The notes under the pieces are model-generated. The model did no database searches. It worked only from the letters and a program-made list of their open reading frames with translations, and was not told where the DNA came from. Positions 18,386 to 26,718 of a stretch of DNA of 43,202 bases are shown piece after piece. Source of the stretch: a virus (taxonomy: Duplodnaviria; Caudoviricetes); the IMG/VR virus record IMGVR_UViG_3300033067_001449, positions 1 through 43,202 of that record; one strand, given 5' to 3'. Within the stretch, counting starts at the first letter, position 1; each line of letters starts with the position of its first letter. A program made the translations under genes and the position numbers.

Positions 18386-19416
18386 TGCTTACAGATTTTT
18401 CAACATACGCGGACGCCGTAAAATTCTACGGCGGCGTCAAGAAAGCCGCGCGCGGTTGCGGCGTTCCCTACACGACTTTCCAGGGCCGTTACTCAAAAGA
18501 GAAAATGAAAGGCGCCGTAAAGACCAAGCCGACAAAACTAGCCGCGCCGACGTTCGCGCCGTTCCCAAAGGAAAGCCTGGACGCGCCCGCCATTATTCGC
18601 CGGCTCGCGAAGGATGCAGCACTTAAGGCGTCGCGCCGTGACGCTGAAAAATGGTTTCGCGTTCACGTTCCGGGCAACCTGCCAATCGGGATTACTTGGT
18701 TTGGCGATCCACACCTAGGCACGTCAACAAATTGGGCGCGGCTAGAGCGTGACATTGCGATCACCGCGAGCACGCCGGGGCTGTACGGCGCTAACCTTGG
18801 CGATAGCTCTAACAATTGGGTCGGGCGTCTCGCACGCCTTTACAGCGAGGAAGATATATCGCGGCGGACGGAGCGGAAGCTAATCAAATGGTTTCTCGCG
18901 GAGTGCGGGATCACGTGGCTTGTTTGGTTGATGGGCAATCATGACGAATGGGAACACGGCGCGGACCTCATTCGCGCTATGGACATTCACGGCCGCGTTC
19001 CAATGCTCGATTGGGAAGCGCGCTTTAAGCTGTGCTTCAAGGGCGCCCGCGACGTTAAAATCCACGCCGCACACGACTTCCCCGGCCACTCGATTTATAA
19101 CCCTACGCACTCGCACGCGCGGGCGGTTCGTTTCCTTGGTTCGGATGCTGATCTTTATATCGCCGGCCATCGTCACACATTCGGCTTCCAGCAATTCGAG
19201 ACGCCAGAAACGGGCGGTTGCCCGGTCATGATCCGTGCGGCTGGTTATAAGGTTGGCGACCCTCACGCGCGGCGCAACGGGTTTCCCGAAGCGACGCAGG
19301 GCGCTAGCGTTATGACCATTATCGACCCTCACGCGGAACCGGCCGGTCGCGTGCTCGCATTCGCGGACCTCGCACAAGGCGCGCGCGTGCTTAAAGCGTT
19401 GCGGGGCGGGGAGTGA
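18382..19416 (+). CDS. Calcineurin-like metallophosphoesterase with N-terminal HTH
   Basis: GDPHLG, NLGD, GNHD, AAH, AGHRH motifs; KAARGCGVPYTTF HTH. Confidence 0.8.
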   Translation: MMLTDFSTYADAVKFYGGVKKAARGCGVPYTTFQGRYSKEKMKGAVKTKPTKLAAPTFAPFPKESLDAPAIIRRLAKDAALKASRRDAEKWFRVHVPGNLPIGITWFGDPHLGTSTNWARLERDIAITASTPGLYGANLGDSSNNWVGRLARLYSEEDISRRTERKLIKWFLAECGITWLVWLMGNHDEWEHGADLIRAMDIHGRVPMLDWEARFKLCFKGARDVKIHAAHDFPGHSIYNPTHSHARAVRFLGSDADLYIAGHRHTFGFQQFETPETGGCPVMIRAAGYKVGDPHARRNGFPEATQGASVMTIIDPHAEPAGRVLAFADLAQGARVLKALRGGE

Positions 19417-19496
19417 TCGAGTTTATACTAGGCGCGCTTATCGGCTATCTTGTTGCGAGGATCATTCACGAACCCGCTAAGACCGATAGGAATTGA
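19413..19496 (+). CDS. 27-aa single-TM micropeptide
   Basis: MIEFILGALIGYLVARIIHEPAKTDRN; GTGA overlap with upstream stop, ends just before ATG 19498. Confidence 0.5.
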   Translation: MIEFILGALIGYLVARIIHEPAKTDRN

Positions 19497-19497
19497 A

Positions 19498-19770
19498 ATG
19501 CAGAATACACGCTACTGGATCTGCGCCCATGTACCAGTACAGAACGGAAAACACTTTCCGAAAAACGAGCCCTTCGTCTGGAAGGGCGCCGGCTACGTTC
19601 CGGGCGTGACGGGCAATCCAACGGCTAGCGTGCTTGTGGCACTGATAGACGCGCCTAGCTCAATCGACGCGCGCGAAGCGATCTTTCAGCGCTTCGGCAA
19701 GGATGTGCACTTCGTCTTTATGTCACCGAAGCCGGAAGGCTGGACGCCCCCCGGCTTCAAAATTCACTAG
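19498..19770 (+). CDS. Hypothetical protein
   Basis: AGGA RBS and ATG 19498; converges on integrase. Confidence 0.6.
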   Translation: MQNTRYWICAHVPVQNGKHFPKNEPFVWKGAGYVPGVTGNPTASVLVALIDAPSSIDAREAIFQRFGKDVHFVFMSPKPEGWTPPGFKIH

Positions 19771-20915
19771 CCCTTGTTTTCCAGCAGCCCGCTAAGCGCA
19801 TCGCCAGTCTCTTGCGCAATGCCGGCCGCGCGTTCTTCGAACAAGAAGGCGTAGCGCCCCGTCGTCTCGCGTTGCTTATGGCCTAAGAGCTCCCCCACAG
19901 CGTCTAGTCCCACTCCGCGCGTTTTGGCGATGCTGGCGAACGTGCGCCGCAAATCCTGCAGCCGCACGTCCGGGCAACCGGCCGCAGTTACGACGCGGAG
20001 CCAAGCCCGCCGCAGATTGAAGCGGTTAAGCCCGCGCCCGAACAAGTAGCCGCTACCGTCATCCGGTAGCGAGGCGATAAGCGCCGCGGCTTGGGACGGT
20101 AGCCAAATCGTCCGTTCTTCGCCGGTACGCTTGGAGGTCTTGTGGTCATCTAGCACGACGCAACCGCGCGCCGCGTCAAACTGCCAACGCCGCGCCTTTG
20201 CGAGCTCTGTAACACGCGACCCGGCTAGCAGCGTGCAAAGGATAGCGGCCATTTCCCGCGGCCGCTCCGCTGCCTCCGCTCGCATCGCGTCGCCTATGGC
20301 CGGAAATTCATCCCGGCGAATGTGGCGTTTGCGCCTGTGTTCCGGATGCACGATTGACCGCTTGCAGGGATTGGACCCGTGCGGCCTATATGCCACGTCC
20401 GGGCTCTCCGCGTATTCCATCATAGCCCATAGCAGCGCGCGGACCCGGTTAGCCGTGACGGGACGGTCATTCCCTATCCGCGCAAGAAACCTGTTTACGT
20501 CCGTTAGCCGGAGCTCCGCGACCTTGACCCGATCTAGCCGCGAGATATGGGCGCTATAGTAGCTATCGTACACCTTGACCGTATCGGCGCCGCACCGCTT
20601 CTCAATGTGTTCGCGGCGGTACTCGCGCCAAAGCTCTAGGATGGCCGGCGCGTCCCTCGCGACCTTGCGGGCGGTCGCAGGGTCATCGCCCTTCGCGACG
20701 GCCGTAGCGCGCGCTCTGGCGGCTTCCCGCGCGCCGTCCACAGTCAAAGCCGGGAACACGCCTAGACGCAACCAACGCTGCCGTCCGTTGTGGCGGTAAT
20801 AGTACCACCAAGAGCGCTCCGACTTTCGGCAGCGGAGGATTAGGCCGGCGACTTGGCTGCAACGGAGCACTTGCCCGGGCTGCATATCAAGGGCGGCGCG
20901 ATACGAAAGTTGCAT
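19767..20915 (-). CDS. int: Tyrosine integrase with arm-binding domain
   Basis: Arm domain (WLRLGVFPALTVDGARE); catalytic GSR, HKT, QDLRR, LGH, RY; AGGAAG before ATG 20915. Confidence 0.93.
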   Translation of the reverse strand: MQLSYRAALDMQPGQVLRCSQVAGLILRCRKSERSWWYYYRHNGRQRWLRLGVFPALTVDGAREAARARATAVAKGDDPATARKVARDAPAILELWREYRREHIEKRCGADTVKVYDSYYSAHISRLDRVKVAELRLTDVNRFLARIGNDRPVTANRVRALLWAMMEYAESPDVAYRPHGSNPCKRSIVHPEHRRKRHIRRDEFPAIGDAMRAEAAERPREMAAILCTLLAGSRVTELAKARRWQFDAARGCVVLDDHKTSKRTGEERTIWLPSQAAALIASLPDDGSGYLFGRGLNRFNLRRAWLRVVTAAGCPDVRLQDLRRTFASIAKTRGVGLDAVGELLGHKQRETTGRYAFLFEERAAGIAQETGDALSGLLENKG

Positions 20916-20966
20916 AAGCTTCCTATGTGGCTGCAACAGTTAACGTTCAGTGTCAATAATCTATCG

Positions 20967-21254
20967 CGGCACACAGCGGGCACACGCTAATCGGGGCGGG
21001 CACACACCGGGCACACAGTAAGGACTAGCACGCTTTTATGAAGCCGGTACGCTTCGACACTGATTTTAAAAGGTTAATTTTAGCTTGACATTTGCGCGGG
21101 AACACTCTGCACTAGTTTCAGGTACTAGCGGGGAAACCCGTGGGGGTTCGAATCCCCCTTTGGGCACCAAGCCAATAAAATCAAGGGGTTACGGGGTTTT
21201 CGTAAGACGATACGCAGAACACAGAATATATAGCGGGCTCACGCCGGGCACACA
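20967..21254 (+). repeat. Integrase arm-type direct repeats (CGGGCACACA consensus) flanking attP core
   Basis: Copies at 20967, 20977, 20997, 21008 and 21234, 21245, arranged as tandem pairs. Confidence 0.75.
21109..21169 (+). other. attP: attP core = 3' part of tRNA-Leu(CAG)
   Basis: Anticodon arm CTAGT-TTCAGGT-ACTAG, long variable arm, T arm GGGGG-TTCGAAT-CCCCC, acceptor 3' strand and ACCA; no 5' acceptor strand or D arm. Confidence 0.88.
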
Positions 21255-21323
21255 GTAACGCCTAGTGCTACGTGCAACTCACGCGTTTGTGAAGTCTTGT
21301 AGGATCGGGATTGCTTCGCGCCT

Positions 21324-21746
21324 TTAAGCGAGGGCGCAAATCTCTGTAGCGAACGCGCCGCGGTCACGCGCGACGAAGCTAACCGTTACAGCGAGGCCCG
21401 CGTCCAGGTGAGTAACGCCGCTTGCGCGAAGTGCCGCGGCCGTGACGAGCACGTCAACGCCGCCGGCGGTAGTGACGAAGCCAAAGCCCTTGGCCCGGTT
21501 GAACCACTTGACCTTGGCAGGCTCGCCACAGGCGGGCGGAGCGCTCGGGGCCGATAGGGTCGTTACGTACTCGCCACGCTCACGCCGCTCCGCTTCGAAC
21601 TGTACGCTTGCGCCTGCAACTAGAGCCGTCGCGCCGCAGCGCTTGACGCAATCGAGTTGCAGAAACACGTCAGCGCCGCCGTCGTCGGGCGCGATAAAGC
21701 CGTAGCCGCGGCGGGGATCAAAGAATTTAACTTTCCCGCTTTTCAT
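21324..21746 (-). CDS. Tandem two-domain cold-shock protein
   Basis: GKVKFFDPRRGYGFI...DVF and AKVKWFNRAKGFGFV...DVLV. Confidence 0.85.
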   Translation of the reverse strand: MKSGKVKFFDPRRGYGFIAPDDGGADVFLQLDCVKRCGATALVAGASVQFEAERRERGEYVTTLSAPSAPPACGEPAKVKWFNRAKGFGFVTTAGGVDVLVTAAALRASGVTHLDAGLAVTVSFVARDRGAFATEICALA

Positions 21747-21827
21747 CGGTTGCAATCTCCGCGGCACATATCAACAGGCTTGCCACAGCGGCCGCGGAAG
21801 GCAGAGCGCACTACAAGCATAAGCAAC

Positions 21828-22082
21828 TTAAGCACGGCGCAATTCCTTTCTGTTTGCGAGGGCGAGAACGTCGCGACCTAGGTTTGTCAGATAAAGCCCG
21901 TCGCCCTTACCGGCCACAAGGCGCCACTCGTGGAGTTCTCGCGCTACTGTCATGTTGTCCCAAAGGGTGGCGCGGTCTCCGGCAGGGGCGCCAAACATCG
22001 CGCGGCGGAGCTCAACACGTCGAAGCGCGGACAAGTGAAGCGGGGTGCATTCGCCGAATAATGAGTCTAGTTGCCGCTTCAT
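21828..22082 (-). CDS. Hypothetical protein (possible winged-helix)
   Basis: ATGA coupling; LHEWRLV...LYLTNLGR. Confidence 0.55.
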   Translation of the reverse strand: MKRQLDSLFGECTPLHLSALRRVELRRAMFGAPAGDRATLWDNMTVARELHEWRLVAGKGDGLYLTNLGRDVLALANRKELRRA

Positions 22083-22465
22083 GACGCGGCCCCCAAAGGG
22101 AACGGGTAGGCGTTAGGCAAACCTCTGCGTTGCAAGAGCCCCTGTTCGTTAAACCATTTCGTTTCGGCTAACGCCTTTCGCGAGTCCGCGTCGGTTGTCG
22201 GCACCTTGTACCATGACGTATGCAACACGACGCCGTTAGGGCAGACGACGCGCCGGCGCGGGGCGTCCATAGCGTCAGCAAGACCGCGGCGTTTCTGATT
22301 GCGTAAGTGAGGCTTGGCGCGGAGTAGTTCGGCCTCGAGCTCGCGAAGACGCGGAAGCCAAGTAGGATCGTTTAGCGCGTTCCGCGCCGCGTCCGCTTTC
22401 ATCTTGGCTAGATGCTTGGCGCGGCGCTGCGCATTGTCTTTCGCCGTGAGCTTGTCAACCGTCAT
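22079..22465 (-). CDS. Hypothetical basic protein
   Basis: GGGG RBS before ATG 22465; downstream of promoter motif. Confidence 0.6.
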   Translation of the reverse strand: MTVDKLTAKDNAQRRAKHLAKMKADAARNALNDPTWLPRLRELEAELLRAKPHLRNQKRRGLADAMDAPRRRVVCPNGVVLHTSWYKVPTTDADSRKALAETKWFNEQGLLQRRGLPNAYPFPLGAAS

Positions 22466-22486
22466 TCTATCGCCCCGTTCGGTTAT

Positions 22487-22536
22487 CGCGTTTCGATAAA
22501 CCCGAATATACACATCAATTACTAATGGGCGGTTAG
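22487..22536 (-). promoter_or_regulatory. Conserved phage promoter motif, copy 1
   Basis: CTAA-N7-TTAG, 11 nt, TATATTCGGGTTTATCGAAACGCG on minus strand. Confidence 0.55.
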
Positions 22537-22751
22537 CGCCGCGCGCGTACTGCGATATTCCAGCTTGCTACGCCTACGCGAGCGTGGTGCGCGTCGCGCG
22601 CCTTTTCGGCTTCCTCGATTGATGGAAACTCTGCGGCGTAACGCGGTTCGCCGGTTAGCCTGTACCAATCTGCAATGCCCGATTTACAGAGCCAATAGCG
22701 CCGGCTTAACGACGGCTGTTTAGTGGCTATAACAAAAGTATTGGGCGACAT
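22533..22751 (-). CDS. Hypothetical protein
   Basis: GAGGA RBS; co-oriented 72 aa ORF. Confidence 0.55.
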   Translation of the reverse strand: MSPNTFVIATKQPSLSRRYWLCKSGIADWYRLTGEPRYAAEFPSIEEAEKARDAHHARVGVASWNIAVRARR

Positions 22752-22820
22752 GGGCGCGCGTCCTCGAATGACCGGGCGCTAGGTTGCCCAAAAGAAAAGG
22801 GTGCCGCAAATCAAGCAGGG

Positions 22821-23852
22821 CTAAGAGACAACGCGAACAAACGTCCCGCGCGAACCCGTCACTAAATCAATGCGCCCCGCGTTGGCTAGGTCTTGCAGCG
22901 CGGCGCCCAATGCCCGCGGCGATACTCCGCAAGCTTGCGCCGCGCTTTTCTGTGCCAGCCGCAAACGGCCATCCGCCTGCTTATTAACAGCAAGCGCGCC
23001 GGCACCGGCCGCAGCATCCGCCAGCGTCTTAAATAACGCGTCATGGCGCGGAATGACCGGGGCGGGCTTTACGATGACAGGCGCCGGCGCGGCCGCGGGC
23101 GCGGCAGCAGCGACATTGGCGACAGCCGTTTTAAAAGCGGTCATAGCGCCGAACTCAAATAGAACTAGCATAAGCAACCAAAGCAACGCCGCAACGTGTG
23201 CGTCCTCGATACCGGGCGCGACGGCGCGCGCCATCTTTCCGAAGCGCGCGGCCTCGGGGTACACGACGACTTCGCGGATACCCGCCAGCTTTTCGGCCAG
23301 CTTGTCCGCGTCGGCCTTCAAACGTTTTAGCGCCTCATGACTTGCTAGCTCGCGTTCGTACACTGCGACACTTGAACAGCGCGTGAGCTCCGCAGCGGCC
23401 GGGGTATCGCAACGCCCGGATGCGCGCTTAGCGGCGTCATGGTCCGCCCGGACTAGCTCTAGCGGTCTGCGGTCCTTATCGGCTTCACGCTTGTAGACGC
23501 GCAAGGCGTCACTCGCTTGCCGCTCTACTTCGCGCCGCGCCTCGTACTGCGCCGCAAGCTCTCGCGTCGCGCCGTCCCTAGAGGTAGACATAAACGCGCC
23601 AACAAAGGACGCATCCAGTACGAAGGCGATTGCCCATGTAGCGACAAGCGCCCAATTGGAGCGCCACGGCCGGCGCGTCGCTGCAAAGTAGCCGGGGATT
23701 ACGAGCTTAAGAGCGCACGCCGCACACGCGACCGCGACGAACACGCGCCGCAACGTCACGTCATCAAACGTCGTAACGAATGACATTGACATAGCGAGCG
23801 ACGCGCCGGCTAGGACGATGGCAGAGACAGCTAGGATAGCTCGGACTATCAC
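22821..23852 (-). CDS. Multi-TM, coiled-coil protein with C-terminal winged HTH
   Basis: Three N-terminal TMs, coiled coil, fourth TM, A/P linker, QKSAAQACGVSPRALGAALQDL...GSRGT. Confidence 0.65.
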   Translation of the reverse strand: MIVRAILAVSAIVLAGASLAMSMSFVTTFDDVTLRRVFVAVACAACALKLVIPGYFAATRRPWRSNWALVATWAIAFVLDASFVGAFMSTSRDGATRELAAQYEARREVERQASDALRVYKREADKDRRPLELVRADHDAAKRASGRCDTPAAAELTRCSSVAVYERELASHEALKRLKADADKLAEKLAGIREVVVYPEAARFGKMARAVAPGIEDAHVAALLWLLMLVLFEFGAMTAFKTAVANVAAAAPAAAPAPVIVKPAPVIPRHDALFKTLADAAAGAGALAVNKQADGRLRLAQKSAAQACGVSPRALGAALQDLANAGRIDLVTGSRGTFVRVVS

Positions 23853-24190
23853 GGCGCCCCCTGCTCTCGCTTAAGCTCCGCAATAATCAGCGCTTGGATT
23901 TTTTCGGGCACGTCCTGCATGCGAGCTAGGACAAGTGCCACCCGGTCAACAGATAGCGGGCCGCGCGTCCCGGCATACTCCGCGGCGATGATCTCGCTAG
24001 CCCGATAGCGCACTGACCCGCCCGGAAGCGTGATGAATGGCAATCCCTTCCCCGCGCTTCGGTGATTGCTTAACGTTTGGTCTGAATAGCCCCAGCGCTC
24101 GGCAAGATCGGAAGGTCGGAGCATAACGCCTTCGAGCATGCGAGCGAGCGGGGCGAATTTTCCGGTGACGTGTGAGGGGATCGGGATCAT
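23849..24190 (-). CDS. Excisionase/AlpA-like HTH protein
   Basis: LRPSDLAERWGYSDQTLSNHRSAGKGLPF...VRY. Confidence 0.75.
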   Translation of the reverse strand: MIPIPSHVTGKFAPLARMLEGVMLRPSDLAERWGYSDQTLSNHRSAGKGLPFITLPGGSVRYRASEIIAAEYAGTRGPLSVDRVALVLARMQDVPEKIQALIIAELKREQGAP

Positions 24191-24220
24191 GGCGGGAGCC
24201 TTTATAGCCTAGGGTTCCCG

Positions 24221-24250
24221 TCCATACAAATCTAGTTGATTCTCGTCAAC
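24221..24250 (-). promoter_or_regulatory. Putative promoter with palindromic operator upstream of xis-like gene
   Basis: TTGACG-17-TATGGA on minus strand; GTTGA-N6-TCAAC palindrome at 24235-24250 over the -35. Confidence 0.35.
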
Positions 24251-24385
24251 CGATTTTTCTGTTCAAAAGTTTAACGCGGGCGCTTCCGACCCGAAAATGC
24301 GGGCGACCGTCGTCTACTGGCGGGCGATGCGCTTCCCATACAAGAGCGGCGAAAACGCACGACGCAACGAACAAAGTTAGGAAGA

Positions 24386-24661
24386 TCACAGCACGCCCTC
24401 GCGCTTGGCGATGTGTGCAAGAGCGGCTTCGGAGAACATATCCGAAGGGTCGCGGCGGAGCATGCGGCCTTTGACGCCCGGGTTTTCTGCATTGCGCGAG
24501 CGGCGGTTAGCGCCGGCGACTTGGCGGTAGCGGTTGACGCATCCTAGCGCGAGCTCGCGGGCGCGGGCGGGCGGGATGGTCGCGGAGATAAAGAACGCTT
24601 CGGCCGTCTTGTAGCCTTCGCGGATATCGCTCGTCTTAACGGGGTTCGTCGGGGCTGGCAT
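24386..24661 (-). CDS. Hypothetical basic protein
   Basis: AAGGA RBS; directly downstream of promoter motif copy 2. Confidence 0.6.
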   Translation of the reverse strand: MPAPTNPVKTSDIREGYKTAEAFFISATIPPARARELALGCVNRYRQVAGANRRSRNAENPGVKGRMLRRDPSDMFSEAALAHIAKREGVL

Positions 24662-24673
24662 GGCGTGTAGTCC

Positions 24674-24707
24674 TTTCGGGTTTGTCGCTTCGATAAACCC
24701 GAAATTA
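24674..24707 (-). promoter_or_regulatory. Conserved promoter motif, copy 2, within a 14-bp inverted repeat
   Basis: Plus strand TTTCGGGTTTGTCG-CTT-CGATAAACCCGAAA; minus strand TAATTTCGGGTTTATCGAAGCG. Confidence 0.55.
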
Positions 24708-24730
24708 CACGCGAAACATTGCCAAACTGT

Positions 24731-26653
24731 TTAGAACGCAGGCGCCCACCGCTCGCTTTTTTGGTTTGATCCGGCCGGCGCGAATTGCTCGCGACAGATA
24801 AGCCCGCGCTTTTCCAGGCGCTCTAGCGCGCGCTGCACTTCGGCCGGCGATAGGAATTGATCGCCTTCGCGTTCGCATAGCAACTTCGCAGCGCTAGTCC
24901 CTGGCGACCGCGGCGACGGGCTGAAGCGTCCTTGTGATAGCGCGGGCCAATGTGTTTCGAGCGCGCGCAAAACCGCTTCATCAATGTCGCCCGTGTTATC
25001 GAGCTCGATTACCGCGCTTGTTATCTCCGCGCCGTCTTGGTACTCGCCTAGCGGGATGGTCTTAAGCTTGTAGTAGCATAGCAAGCCCTCAACGCCGTCT
25101 TTCACTTTTTGCGCGGATAGCTGCCGACGCTCTCCGACCTTGTTACCCTTCTCATCCTTTTCGCAGTCCGCGCGAAGCACAACGTCACTCGCGGCGTAGA
25201 GCGTAGACGAGCCGCGAATTTGTCCCGCTTTGTTTGTGTGATGCACTGCCATAACGCACGCGCCCGTGAGCTTCGATATAGCGCCCATGCGCTCGCGAAT
25301 AAACGCGCTCATTACGTCGGTCGCGTTTTCGTCCATGCCCGCTATTGCTTGCGACAGCGTGTCAATAACGATTAGCCCGACAGGCTCCCCAACTTCGGCC
25401 GCGAGATACGCGCACGCTTCTGCGGTGGTCTTGACGCCTTCCGCGCCGGCCTCGCTCTGAATGAGCGCGACGCTAACGGACAGCCGCGCGAACCACTGGC
25501 CAGCGTCACCGCGCTCGCTTTTGATTGCGGTCATACGCTGCCGAAAGCCCTCGATACCCTCGAGCGCTACGTAAAGCACGGGCGCGCGGCGCACTACGCG
25601 ACCTAGCCAACGCTCGCCGCGCGCTATGTGCCATCCTAAATCCAAAGCGCAGAACGATTTACCGGCGCCGCTATCACCATATAAAACGGCAGTGTCGCCG
25701 CGGTGGATCAAATCGCGGACAAGCGCGCGTTCTTTGTTGGCGATGATTTGCGCTAGATCAATCTCGCTCGCGAACTCGACAAGCTTGCGCGGCTTCGCAG
25801 GCGCGGCGGGCGCTTCCGGCTCTGCGATCAACTCCGCGGCTAGCGGCTCAAAGCCAACTTCCGGCGCGTCAATGCCGATAGGATTGCGACGCGTAGCAGC
25901 CGCGCGCTCTACAATGCCGGCCGCTTCGTTCTCGTCTAGCGGCGGGATAGCTTTGAAAGCCGTTTGCATCAAATGCGCGGCAGTCTCGGCAGAGACGCCG
26001 AAGTCCATAATGCGGTTCGCGGCGTTCAAACACTTGCTATTACGTTCGCCGCTGCGCACGGGCGGCATTGCGTCCAAATAGTCAATCGCGCGAGCGGCGG
26101 CGCGTAGCTCATCAACGCCGCTCATTGTCGATTTAGACGCGGGGCGTTCGTCCCGCGGCGTCAACCGCTCTAGCAGCCATTCAGGAAGATCAGCGAACGC
26201 CGCGCCGTCTACGACTTCGTAGGGCTTACCATTGGCGCCGATGCTACCGGGCGCGATAACGTAGCCCTTGCCGGCGCGGACGTCCACGTTGGGCGCGAGC
26301 CCGCGTTGCGTGAAGTTACGCCCGCCCGTTTTAAAATAGTAGTGAAATCCGCCGTTTGGCGTCCTGACTGTGAACGTTGGCGGCAAGCCTCCGATAGCCG
26401 CGAGCGTCGCGCTACCGTGCTTCCCCTCGCCGTTGTCAACGTCGATCACGACAAGATCAGACGCGCCAACGTTCACCGCTATGTTGCAAGTGTCATCTAG
26501 CCCCGCAAAAAACAAATCGACAAAGGACGTGAACGGCTTGTCGCTCCAATCCGTATCAATAAAATGAGACTTCGTGCCTCGCTGTAGCCGGAACAGCTTG
26601 CAGCCGCGCGCGTACAATGTTTCGGCTTGGTCTATTACGTCGGGAAGTTTCAT
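24731..26653 (-). CDS. Bifunctional primase-polymerase fused to RepA/AAA_25 helicase
   Basis: LVVIDVD, TPNGGFHYYF, DVRAGKGYVIAPGS; GERN (PriCT-like); YGDSGAGKS, IVIDTL, HHTNK, RGSS; alternative GTG start at 26716. Confidence 0.9.
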   Translation of the reverse strand: MKLPDVIDQAETLYARGCKLFRLQRGTKSHFIDTDWSDKPFTSFVDLFFAGLDDTCNIAVNVGASDLVVIDVDNGEGKHGSATLAAIGGLPPTFTVRTPNGGFHYYFKTGGRNFTQRGLAPNVDVRAGKGYVIAPGSIGANGKPYEVVDGAAFADLPEWLLERLTPRDERPASKSTMSGVDELRAAARAIDYLDAMPPVRSGERNSKCLNAANRIMDFGVSAETAAHLMQTAFKAIPPLDENEAAGIVERAAATRRNPIGIDAPEVGFEPLAAELIAEPEAPAAPAKPRKLVEFASEIDLAQIIANKERALVRDLIHRGDTAVLYGDSGAGKSFCALDLGWHIARGERWLGRVVRRAPVLYVALEGIEGFRQRMTAIKSERGDAGQWFARLSVSVALIQSEAGAEGVKTTAEACAYLAAEVGEPVGLIVIDTLSQAIAGMDENATDVMSAFIRERMGAISKLTGACVMAVHHTNKAGQIRGSSTLYAASDVVLRADCEKDEKGNKVGERRQLSAQKVKDGVEGLLCYYKLKTIPLGEYQDGAEITSAVIELDNTGDIDEAVLRALETHWPALSQGRFSPSPRSPGTSAAKLLCEREGDQFLSPAEVQRALERLEKRGLICREQFAPAGSNQKSERWAPAF

Positions 26654-26718
26654 GGCGCGCGGCTCTTGCTGGGCGATGACGTTGCCACACGGGGCGGCAG
26701 CAAAGCGAAAACTCACGG

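Noticed and set aside
21086-21169. Complete phage tRNA-Leu gene
   Set aside because: No 5' acceptor strand (GCCCA..) or D-loop upstream; integrase and arm repeats indicate attP
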